DNA of 64,000 nucleotides from positions 7,876,001-7,940,000 of the forward strand of contig CM075988.1 in assembly GCA_038087875.1 (NCBI GenBank). Reading direction: 5' to 3'. The notes under the pieces were generated by a model, which had not been told where the DNA came from, searched no databases, and worked only from the letters and a program-made list of their open reading frames with translations. This DNA comes from Malacoraja senta (Eukaryota). This document shows positions 35,618 to 46,437 of this stretch, piece by piece; position 1 is the first letter of the stretch, and each line of letters begins with the position of its first letter. Both the position numbers and the translations under genes were made by a program.

Positions 35618-38411
35618 TTGTGTCTCAATGCAAGGAGCATTCGTAATAAGGTGGATGAGTTGAATGTGCAGATAGCTATTAATGACTATGATATAGTTGG
35701 GATCACGGAGACATGGCTCCAGGGTAACCAAGGCTGGGAGCTGAACATCGAGGGATATTCAATATTCAGGATAGACAGAAAGGGAAAGGAGGTGGGGTTG
35801 CGTTGCTGTTTAGAGAGCAGATTAACGCAATAGAAAGGAAGGACATTAGCTTGGAGGATGTGGAATCGATATGGGTAGAGCTGCGAAACACTAAGGGGCA
35901 GAAAACACTAGTGGGAGTTGTGTACAGGCCACCTAACAGTAGTAGTGGAGTTGGGGATGGCATCAAACAGGAAATTAGAAATGCGTGCAACAAAGGTAAA
36001 ACAGTTATAATGGGTGACTTCAATCTGCATATAGATTGGGTGAATCAAATTGGCAAGGGTGCTGAGGAAGAGGATTTCTTGGAATGTATGCGGGAAAGTT
36101 TTCTAAACCAACATGTAGAGGAACCAACGAGAGAGCAGGCTATTCTGGATTGGGTATTGAGTAATGAGGAAGGGTTAGTTAGCAGTCTTGTTGTGCGTGG
36201 CCCCTTGGGCAAGTGTGACCATAATATGGTTGAGTTCTTCATTAGGATGGAGAGTGACATTGTTAATTCAGAAACAAGGGTCCTGAACTTAAAGAAACGT
36301 AACTTTGAGGGTATGAGAAGTGAATTGGCCAAGATAGACTGGCAATTGATTCATAATGGGTTGACGGTAGATATGCAATGGAAGGCATTTAAAGACTGCA
36401 TGGATGAACTACAACAATTGTTCATCCCAGTTTGGCAAAAAAATAAATCAGGGAAGGTAGTGCATCCATGGATAACAAGGGAAATCAGGGATAGTATCAA
36501 AACAAAAGATGAAGCGTACAAATTAGCGAGAAAAAGCAGCCTACCAGAGGACTGGGAGAAATTCAGAGTCCAGCAGAGGAGGACAAAGGGCTTAATTAGG
36601 AAAGGGAAAATAGATTATGAAAGAAAACTGGCAGGGAACATAAAAACTGACTGCAAAAGCTTTTATAGATATGTGAAGAGAAAAAGATTAGTTAAAACAA
36701 ATGTAAGTCCCTTGCAGTCAGAAACAGGTGAATTGATCATGGGGAACAAGGACATGGCAGACCAATTGAATAACTACTTTGGTTCTGTCTTCACTAAGGA
36801 AGACATAAATAATCTGCCGGAAATAGCAGGGGACCGGGGGTCAAATGAGATGGAGGAACTGAGTGAAATCCAGGTTAGCCGGGAAGTGGTGTTAGGTAAA
36901 TTGAATGGATTAAAGGCCGATAAATCCCCAGGGCCAGATAGGCTGCATCCCAGAGTACTTAAGGAAGTAGCCCCAGAAATAGTGGATGCATTAGTGATAA
37001 TTTTTCAAAACTCTTTAGATTCTGGAGTAGTTCCTGAGGATTGGAGGGTAGCAAACGTAACCCCACTTTTTAAAAAGGGAGGGAGAGAGAAAACGGGGAA
37101 TTACAGACCAGTTAGTCTAACGTCGGTAGTGGGGAAACTGCTAGAATCAGTTATTAAAGATGGGATAGCAGCACATTTGGAAAGTGGTGAAATCATTGGA
37201 CAAAGTCGGCATGGATTTATGAAAGGTAAATCATGTCTGACGAATCTTATAGAATTTTTCGAGGATGTAACTAGTAGAGTGGATAAGGGAAAACCAGTGG
37301 ATGTGTTATATCTGGACTTTCAGAAGGCTTTCGAAAAGGTCCCACATAAGAGTTTGTATACAAACTTAAAGCACACGGTATTGATGGTTCAGTATTGATG
37401 TGGATAGAGAACTGGCTGGCAGACAGGAAGCAAAGAGTAGGAGTATACGGGTCCTTTTCACAATGGCAGGCAGTGACTAGTGGGGTACCGCAAGACTCAG
37501 TGCTGGGACCCCAGCTATTTACGATTTATATTAATGATTTGGACGAGGGAATTGAATGCAACATCTCCAAGTTTGCGGATGACACGAAGCTGGGGGGCAG
37601 TATTAGCTGTGAGGAGGATGCTCGGAGGCGGCAAGGTGACTTGGATAGGCTGGGTGAGTGGGCAAATGCATGGCAGATGCAGTATAATGTGGATAAATGT
37701 GAGGTTATCCACTTTGGTGGCAAAAGCAGGAAAGTAGACTATTATCTGAATGGTGGCCGATTAGGAAAAGGGGAGATGCAACGAGACCTGGGTGTCATGG
37801 TACGCCAGTCATTAAAAGTAGGCATGCAGGTGCAGCAGGCAGTGAAGAAGGCGAATGGTATGTTAGCATTCATAGCAAAAGGATTTGAGTATAGGAGCAG
37901 GGAGGTTCTACTGCAGTTGTACAGGGTCTTGGTGAGACCACACCTGGAGTATTGCGTACAGTTTTGGTCTCCTAATCTGAGGAAAGACATTCTTGCCATA
38001 GAGGGAGTACAGAGAAGGTTCACCAGACTGATTCCTGGGATGTCAGGACTTTCATATGAAGAAAGACTGGATAGACTCGGTTTGTACTCGCTAGAATTTA
38101 GAAGATTGAGGGGGGATCTTATAGAAACGTACAAAATTCTTAAGGGGTTGGACAGGCTAGATGCAGGAAGATTGTTCCCGATGTTGGGGAAGTCCAGAAC
38201 AAGGGGTCACAGTTTAAGGATAAGGGGGAAATCTTTTAAGACCGAGATGAGGAAAACATTTTTCACACAGAGAGTGGTGAATCTCTGGAATTCTCTGCCA
38301 CAGAAGGTAGTTGAGGCCAGTTCATTGGCTATATTTAAGAGGGAGTTAGATGTGGCCCTTGTGGCTAAAGGGATCAGGGGGCATGGAGAGAAAGCAGGTA
38401 CAGGATACTGA
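35618..38411 (+). pseudogene. CR1 ORF2: APE endonuclease plus reverse transcriptase, two frameshifts (about 35780 and 37350)
   Basis: CLNARSI, GITETWL, VYRPP, MGDFN, CDHN, NYRPVSLTS, LDFQKAF, SGVPQ, KFADD...GEKAGTGY*. Confidence 0.92.
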
Positions 38412-39108
38412 GTTGGATGATCAGCCATGATCATATTGAATGGCGGTGCAGGCTCGAAGGGCTGAATGGCCTACTCCTGCACCTATTTTCTATGTTTCTA
38501 TGTTTCTATGTTTCTATGTCAGAAACACAGGATGAACTAATCATTTTCAATTCCCTTTGTGTTTAACCTTCATTTTAAAATATACACACACATCTTGAGA
38601 TGCCAAAGTTTTGTTAAGTAGGATGAGGACAGAAGCCCATGAGAGATATTTTGGGTGGCACAGACGTTAATAGTGCTGCTTCACGCCTCCAGAGACCCAG
38701 AATAAACTTTGACCTCAGGTGCTTTCTGTGTGGTGTTAAAGTTAGGTTTATTATTGTCATATGTACTGAGGTAAAGTGAAAAAACTTTGTTTTGCATGCA
38801 ATCCAAGTAGATATATCGTACATAGATATAATCAGTTCAAACTCAAGTACAATAGGTAGAGTAAAGGGGGAAGGTACAGAGTGCTGAATATAGTTCTCAG
38901 CATTTTAGTGAATGTATGTGGTGATTGCTCCTTCTCCCTGTGACCACATGGGTTTCCTCTGGGTGCTCTGGTTTCCAAATAGTTACTTGACCATTGCAAG
39001 TTGCCCTTAGTGGCTATAAAGGGCCCCTAGCTCCTAGAGGTCAGTGACTAATAGAGTCAAAGAGGAGTTGATGAGCCTTAGAGAGAGTAGGTAACAGAGT
39101 TACTAGAG

Positions 39109-39175
39109 GGGGCTCATGTTGTCGACCTCCCCGTGGTGAGCTCTGTCAACTGACCTCAGTCAGGTGAACGACAAC
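39109..39175 (+). ncRNA. HDV-like ribozyme with the catalytic C changed to T (predicted inactive copy)
   Basis: P1 GGGGCTC/GAGCTCT with G1-U wobble. P2 GTTGTCG/CGACAAC. P3 ACC/GGT. L3 TCCCCGT. J1/4 GT. P4 CTGAC/GTCAG. J4/2 is TGAA instead of CGAA (T39165). Confidence 0.85.
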
Positions 39176-39313
39176 AAACAGAGACAGCAGTAGCGCCGCA
39201 GCTTGGCGCCAACCCAGAGCATGCGCCCGTTTTAGGGCGGGCACCTACGGATGTCGAAATGGATGGCATCACCCTTCTGCAGACTTCTACTGCCTCAAAC
39301 GCAAGAAGAAGAA
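39109..39313 (+). mobile_element. About 205-bp non-autonomous retroposon headed by an HDV-like ribozyme, with an ACGC(AAG)n tail (Ingi/Vingi-like)
   Basis: Starts at ribozyme G1 and ends in CAAACGCAAGAAGAAGAAG. Imperfect TSD TACTAGAG (39101-39108) / TACTGGAG (39316-39323). Confidence 0.78.
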
Positions 39314-39324
39314 GCTACTGGAGA

Positions 39325-39648
39325 AGGCGGCATGGTAGAGTTGCTGCCTTACAGCGCTTGCAGCACCAGAGACCCGGGTTCGATCCCGACTATGGGTACT
39401 GTCTGTATGTAGTTTGTACATTCTCCCCGTGACCTGCGTGGGTTTTCTCCGAGATCTTCGGTTTCCTCCCACACTCCAAAGACGTACAGGTATGTTGGTT
39501 AATTGACTTGCCGTATGTGTAAAAAACAATTGTCCCTAGTGTGTGTAGGATAGTGTTAATGTTCGGGGATCGCTGGTCGGCGTGGACCCGGTGGGCCGAA
39601 GGGCCTGTTTCCACGCTGTATCTCTAAACTAAGCCTAACTAAACTAAA
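39325..39648 (+). mobile_element. HE1-like V-SINE
   Basis: tRNA-like head with B-box GGTTCGATCC, V-domain, CR1-like tail and (CTAAA)n. Confidence 0.88.
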
Positions 39649-39776
39649 AGAGAGGGAATAGGACTGATGGGATTGCCCTGGCAGAAGTTAGCATGGATTC
39701 TAAAGGGCCGAATGTCTGCATTCTGTGCCAAAGTAAGATAGTATTATGTGAATCATTTTACACAGGTGCCACTCAC

Positions 39777-39880
39777 TCGTCCTCAGTCTTGATTTCCGAC
39801 AATTTGCAGATCCTAATGATAGAGAAGAGCATCCTCCTGAACAGGCTGTTCTTCTTCAACTGGCCCTCCTTCTGAACCAT
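39777..39880 (-). CDS. Putative first coding exon of the unidentified host gene (MVQKEGQLKKNSLFRRMLFSIIRICKLSEIKTED)
   Basis: AACATGG Kozak context, 34 codons plus 2 nt, strong GTGAGT donor. Phase 2 matches the acceptor at 14071. Confidence 0.45.
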
Positions 39881-39969
39881 GTTGCCAAACTATTTAACTT
39901 AAAATGGCGTGCAAATGCCACTAACACCGACCACGTCTTATTTTCCTCTCCCCTAAACTGACCCAGCCC

Positions 39970-40015
39970 GTTACCAGGGTAACGTGCTGCTATGGCATCA
40001 TGTTGCCATGGAGAC
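39970..40015. promoter_or_regulatory. Cluster of three RFX X-box-like palindromes
   Basis: GTTACCAGGGTAAC (39970), GCTGCTATGGCATC (39986) and GTTGCCATGGAGAC (40002), starting 16 bp apart, about 90-135 bp upstream of the ATG at 39880. Confidence 0.55.
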
Positions 40016-40660
40016 ATCAGATTCAGATTGTGCGAGGTCATTTGCATGTAGTAAATGGGCTTTTGGGGGGGGGGGGGATTTATACCCTAAGACTCGGCAA
40101 CTGTTATCCTCTTAGATTGAAAAATAAATCACACAAATATATTGAAGATAGGCACGAAATGTTGGTGTAACTCAGCGGGTCAGGCAGCATCTCTGGAGAA
40201 AAAGAATAGGTGGCATTTTGGGCTGAGAACCTTTCTCAGACTTCTCACTAATATATTGGTTTTTTAATGTTTGATTGTATCTGAAGTCCCCTATTTGAGA
40301 GGATGTGAAGCCACACTAGTTTCATCTATGGTTGATTAGTGTTCAATTCTAAGCTCATCAAGTCTTCATTACATGTTAAAGAAGCAACAACAAACCAAGT
40401 CTTCTCACCAGCCAACACTATTTAAGCTTTGGATACTTGGACTATTGTGACTGTTGGTAGCCATTGCTGAACTCTCAGAATGTTTGTCAGGTTTCCCTGG
40501 AGATAAGTGTGAGTTCAGAGGATGCCACAATGCAAAGCACTGTTTCCAGGGAGACGAATGTGAGGTCAAAATGGGATTACACGGCAACAAATGGAATGAG
40601 GTCTGGCTTTTCCTCAGAACAAACATATTCAGGAAAAGAGTCGATACCTTTAAACATTAA

Positions 40661-41030
40661 ATATATAGGAAGGAACTGCAGATGCTGGCTTAATCCGAAG
40701 ATAGACACAAAACGCTGGAGTAACTCAGCAGGACAGGCAGCATCTCTGGAGAGGAGGAATGGGTGACGTTTCGGGTCGAGACCCTTCTTCTGCCTGCAGA
40801 AGGATCTCGACCCGAAACGTCAACCATTCCTTCTCTCCAGAGATGCTGCCTCTCCCGCTGAGTTACTCCAGCATTTTGTGTCTATCTTCACTGTACCTAG
40901 CTACATGGGGCAATAAATTACCATTGAACCATTGAAGAATGGTCTCCACCCAAAACGTCACCCATTCCTTCTCTCCATAGATGCTGCCTGGCCCACTGAG
41001 TTACTCCAGAATTTTGGGTCTATCTTCACC
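40661..41030. mobile_element. Penelope-derived inverted-repeat element with back-to-back hammerhead-like motifs
   Basis: Arms about 40695-40790 and 40795-40890 are reverse complements. TTAAACATTAA is duplicated at 40650-40660 and 41031-41041. Confidence 0.7.
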
Positions 41031-41057
41031 TTAAACATTAACCTGGCTCCTTCCTAG

Positions 41058-43220
41058 CTTAGTTTAATTTAGTTTAGAGATACAGCATGGAAACAGGCCC
41101 TTCAGCCCACCATGTCCACACTAACCATCGATCACCTGTTCACACAAGTTCTACGTTATTCCACATTCCCATCCACTGCCTGCACATTTTATGGAGGCCA
41201 ATTAAGCTCCGAACCCACGCATCTTTAAGAAACCAGAGTATTCCAAGGAAATCCATGCGATCACAGGGAATATGTACAACTCCACACAGTCAGCACCCGA
41301 GGTCAGGATCGAACGCGGGTCTCAGGCGCTGTGAGGAGCAGCTTTACCAGCTGCTGATCCTGAGGTGAGGCAGGAGAATTGGTGTTTGTAAATTGGGGAA
41401 TAAATAAATTTTAACCACTCAAAAAGAGGCAGATGTGATCAACTATTCACCTGCTTTATACTTCACAATCACAAGCCCTGCCCCACTCAGTTATCAGAAA
41501 TCAGTTATTTCCCCCCTCATCAATGCTACCCTTAACAACTCAGTCAGTCCATTGCCCATTTACATCCCATCCCTCAGAGTTCACATTGTTCAAATCATTA
41601 TTCCCCCATATATGAGGAATTGTCAAACATTTTGGAAAAAAGCAGGACATTTTCTGCAGAGTACTGGCCATTGTTTCAGCCTCAAATAACATCACTGATA
41701 GGGATAATCTGATTGTCACAATGGTACGTGTAAAGCTGAAGTGGGTTCTATATTTCCTGTTAAACACAGCAAAGCAGTGGTTCACCTTGACCTTGTGAAA
41801 GTTTCGACATAAATATGTGCTCTCTTCTGTTCATGCATGAAATAATTGCTTATATCTCACTATTTCAATCTGCCCTCATGATTTAACTCATTCATATCCT
41901 GTCCAGTACATTCATAGTTGTCGTACAGATTTTCCTCAAATGTCAGTGAGGCTCAGTGGTGTAGCTGGTAGAGTTGCTGCCTTACAGCGCGCCAGGGAGA
42001 CCTGGGTTCAAATACTGACTCCGGGTGCTGTCTGCGCGGAGTTTGCACATTCTACCACTGACCGCGTGGGTTTCCTCCAGATGGTCTGGTTCCTCCCGCA
42101 TCCCAAAGACATGCAGTTGGCCCCTGTAAATTTGCGATGTCCCTTTCAAATAAGCTGAAGCGGTGCAGAGTGGAAACATGTATTCTGTACCCTGTGGCAT
42201 GCTGCTATCTATAGTGATTGGTTATGTAATGATCCTGGTCATTAAGTGATCTCATGATAATTAAACAAGGATTCAGCAAATGGTTGATTATGATAATATA
42301 CTGAATTACAAACAAATTAGGGTCCAGAAATGCTTCATTCAGCCTAACAAAGTACATCGTGGATATGAACAATAGTAAAGCCCCTAGGACGAAGGGAACA
42401 GTCCAATTATGGATATTATTCTGAAATTGTGGCCATCAATTGAGTCACAGACTGGAAGCACGAGAGTTGCTGTTAAGAAGAGTACATTAACAGATATATA
42501 TTAGTGGCCTGGGCTTGGATACATTTCTAAAGTATGCACTTGACATGAAACTGAGTGAACACAATAGTGACAAACCTCAGGAGATAGAAAGATTGAAAGA
42601 GCTAAATAAGGCGAGAAGGCAGGAACGGGGTAGTGATTGTGGATGACCAGCCATGATCATATTGAATGGCGGTGCTGGCTCGAAGGGCCGAAAGGCCTAC
42701 TCCTGCACCTATTGTCTATTGTCTATAAAATAGGAAGCATCAAATTATGCAACACTATTCATACATCAGGATATCCCAGTGCACTAGAACCAAAGAAGTA
42801 TTTTGTTTATTGTGTGTTACTTTGTATGAAACAGGGAGGTCATTTGTGTACAAGTCCCACAATAATTGTCAAGTAATCTGTTTGTAGTGATGCTGGGTGA
42901 GAAATAAAACTTTGAAAGTTGGCAGCCTAAGTTGATAATTTTAGTTTAATTTAGATTAGAGGTACAGCAGGCCAGGAGTCAGGTCTTTTGGCCCACCGAG
43001 TCTGCACCGACTAGCGATCACCCATACACTAGTTCTACCCTACACCTAGGGACAATTTACAGAAGCCAATTAAACTACAAACCCATAAGTCTTTGGGATA
43101 TGGGCAAAACCCACATGGTCGCAGGTAAAACGATCAAGCTCTGCACAGGTAGTACCTGTGGTCAGGATCAAACCCATGTCTCTGGCACCGTGAGGCAGCA
43201 ACTCAACTGCTGTGCCACTG
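41058..43220. repeat. Degraded HE1-like V-SINE copies (about 41058-41350 minus, 41950-42130 plus, 42940-43220 minus) and a CR1 3' end (42610-42726 plus)
   Basis: V-domain, tRNA-like heads and CTAAA tails recognisable. Confidence 0.7.
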
Positions 43221-43944
43221 TTTAAGTTACAGACCAGTCTAAATGTCAATCTCTGCAATGACCAGTGGAATAGCCAAGCTGTTAACTGATGTAAAACACT
43301 GAGAAAGGAGATGCTCTCATTTACGCACCAGTACCATCAAACATGGCAGAGTAGACGGGTAAAGAAGGTGTATGATATGCTTGCCTTCATCAGTCTGGGC
43401 ATTGAGTATGAGAGTGAGGAAGTCATGCTGCAGCTTTATAAAATCTTAGTTAGGCGACATTTGGAGCATTGTGTGTAGTTATGGTTGGCCCATTGTGGGA
43501 GAGATATGGAGGCTTTTGAGAGGGAGAAAAGATTCACCAAGATGCTACCTGGATTGGAGTGTATTAGTTATAATGAGAGGTTAGAGAAACTTGGTTTGTT
43601 AAGATAAGGAAAATAAATATAAAAAATATGTGAGGGCAAAAGTGGTGCATCCAACAAAAAACAGAACAATTTTGAGTGGTGAAAAGCAAAAATCAATAAC
43701 AGTGCAAACAATAAATGTGAAGGCTTTTTCAATTAATCTTTACTGACAGAATGGGTCCAATGGTGGCCTTGTGAAATATGATTTAATTGTTAAAGAACTC
43801 TAACAATGCTTGAAGTTAACATTGCCAATAATTCCGGACAGTAACTATATTCCAAATTAGATTTATTTCTATGAATAAAAACTAACTGCTGGAGGTACTC
43901 AGACGGGCGGGTTGTATCTGTGGAGGGAAATAAATCCAAGGACA

Positions 43945-45460
43945 TTGATCAGATATATCCAAGGACATTGTGGTAAACCGGAAAGGAAATTACGGGAGCC
44001 CTGGTTGAAATTTACGAGTCGTCTTTAAATACAGGAGAGATGCTGGAAGACTGGAGGCTGGCAGATGTTAAACCTCTATTCAAGAGGGGCTGCAAGGAAA
44101 ATGCTGGGAACTATAGGCCAATGAGCTTAACATCTGTAGTTGGGAAGTTACTAGAGATTACTCTGAGGGATAGGATATGCAGGCATTTAGATGAACAAGG
44201 GCTGAGGGATAGTCAGCATGGGTTTGTACGTGGGAGGTTGTGTCTTACAAATCTGATTGAGTTTTTGAAGACGTGACCAAAATGTTTGATGAGGGCAGAG
44301 CTGTAAAAGTTGTATATATGGACTTCAGCAAAGAATTTGACAGGGTTCTCCATGGTAGGCTGCTGTGTAAGGTTAGGTCGCATGGGAACCAAGGAGAGAT
44401 ACCTGAATGGATAGAAAATTGGCTTCATGGAAGGAAGTAGAGGGTGATGATGGAAGGTTGCTTCTTGGACTAGTGGTGTGCCTTAGGTTTCAGTGCTGGG
44501 CCCGTTACCCTTTGTTTTGGATTTAGATGAGAACATACACAGCAAGATTAGCAAGTTTGCAGATGATACAAAAGTAGGTGGTTTTGCAGATAGTAAAGAT
44601 GGTTGTGAAAAATTACAGCAGGATCTTGATCAATTAGCCAGGTGGGCTGAGGAATGGTTGACAAATTTAATACAGAAAAATATGAGGTGATGCATTTGGG
44701 AAGTCTAACATGGGCAGGATCTACTCAGTGAATGGTAGGGCTCTGGGGAGTGTTGTAGAGCAGAGGGATCTAGGAGTGCAGGTGCATGGTTTCTTGAAGG
44801 TCAGGTCACAGGTAGATAGCGTGGTCAAAAAGACATTAGACACATTGGCCTTCATCAGTCAGAGTATTGAGTATAGAAGTTTGCAGTTGTACAAGACGTT
44901 GGTGAAGCCGCATATATAGTATTGTGTTCAAATCTCGGCACCAAGTTATTGGAAAGATGTTGTCAAGCTGGAAAGGGTGCAGAGAAGATTTATAAGGATG
45001 CTGCCAGGGCTAGAGGGTCTGAGCTACAGTATAGGGAGAGGTTAAGTAGGTTGAGTATTCCAGGAGGATGAGGGGTAATCTTATAGAGGTGTATAAGATC
45101 ATGAGAAGAATAGGTAGGGTAGATGCACAGAGTCCCTTGCCCAGAGTAGGTGAATTGAGGACCAGAGGACATAGGTTTAAGGTGAAGGGGAAAAGATTTA
45201 AAAGGATTCTGAGGGGTACATTTTTCACACAAAGGTTGGTGGGTGTATGGAACAAACTGCCAGAGGAGGTAGTTGAGGCAGGGACTATCCCAACATTTAA
45301 GAAACAGTTAGACAGGTACATGGATAGGACAGGTTTGGAGGGATATGGACCAAACGCGGGCAGGTGGGACTAGTGTAGCTGGGACATGTTGGCCGGTGTG
45401 GGCAAGTTGGGCCAAAGGGCCTGTTCCACACTGTATCACTCTATCACTCTATGATTCTAA
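43945..45460 (+). mobile_element. Decayed CR1 LINE, RT half plus 3' UTR
   Basis: EDWRLADVKPLFKRG..NYRPMSLTSVVGK, KFADDTKVGG, RGHRFKVKG, GYGPNAGRWD*, with many stops. Confidence 0.88.
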
Positions 45461-45709
45461 ATGGATAGACGATATTCGATTGGGACCTTTCTTCAGATTT
45501 GGAATCCTTGTTTTGGATTCCATCGCCAGCACACATATATTGGTGGAGCAAGTCGTATTTAGTCATGAGCACTAAACCGGTGAAAGCATATGACCCATTC
45601 CAATGCCTATCCTCACCCTAATTAGACTCATCTCCCAACATTTAATTATGCTGAAGTTCAATAGCATTGTCACATCGTGATCGCCTTATATTTCTCCTTC
45701 CACTACGTT

Positions 45710-45723
45710 CCAGCAGAGGGCGG
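45710..45723 (+). promoter_or_regulatory. CTCF-like motif
   Basis: CCAGCAGAGGGCGG fits the CCASYAGRKGGCR core and lies in non-repeat DNA. Confidence 0.35.
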
Positions 45724-45989
45724 TCTGTGCTCACAGATTGCACAAACAATGAGACACATTGTGGAGACGTGTATGAGGATGATAAGAAGAGCTGGCTATT
45801 CTTTGCTTATGGATTCATTATGTTTCTTTTGTTAAAGTTGCTTTTTTAGTTATATTTCATCTTAAAATTAGATTTTTTTTAAACACACAAAGTGCTCAGT
45901 GGGTCAGGCAACATCTCTGCAGAACATGGATAGGTGATGGGGTTCTTCTTCAGAATTTCACAGTTTCATTCAAACAGAGGAGATGCAAC

Positions 45990-46345
45990 GCCTATCCTTA
46001 ACCTCTTGTCTTCATACTATCCAGGAAACCAAACAGTCTTTCCGGGTGAAGCCATGATTCACTTCTTCCAATGTGTATTCGGTGTTCATAATGTGGTCTC
46101 CTCTCCATTTTCAGACGTCACCTGTGGACTGGGTGATAGGTTTGTGGGACACTTTTGTCGAACTGCAGGCGAGATCCGAGCAAACTCCATCCCATTTCCA
46201 CTCTGACCGATCTGTGTGTGGCTACCAGCCCAGAATTGTTATAATGAGGAACAATGTAAGTTTGAGGAACAACACCTCCTGTTCTACCTGGCCACTGTGC
46301 AGAGTGCAGGAAACTAAAATTGACTTCATCGATTTCGGGTAGCTT
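45990..46345 (+). repeat. Decayed Penelope GIY-YIG fragment
   Basis: Resembles the reverse complement of 20690-21000 (TCTTCCAATGTGTATTC...GAGGAACAACACCTC). Confidence 0.55.
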
Positions 46346-46437
46346 GCTCTTTCTCTCAGTATCAGAACACTTCTCACTGCATCCATCTGTGACTGACTCA
46401 GTCTTTCTCTCTCTGCGAGTATAGGTGGCAGTTTGAC

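Larger units (their letters stand above)
34561..38518 (+). mobile_element. Near full-length CR1 LINE (ORF1 esterase, ORF2 APE-RT), slightly 5'-truncated
   Basis: ORF1 and ORF2 motifs, conserved 3' UTR and a (TTTCTATG)n tail at about 38487-38518. Confidence 0.95.

Noticed and set aside
39325..39400. tRNA gene (also at about 41950, 61440-61507 and 61565)
   Set aside because: These are tRNA-derived SINE heads continuing into the V-domain and LINE tail, not standalone tRNAs.
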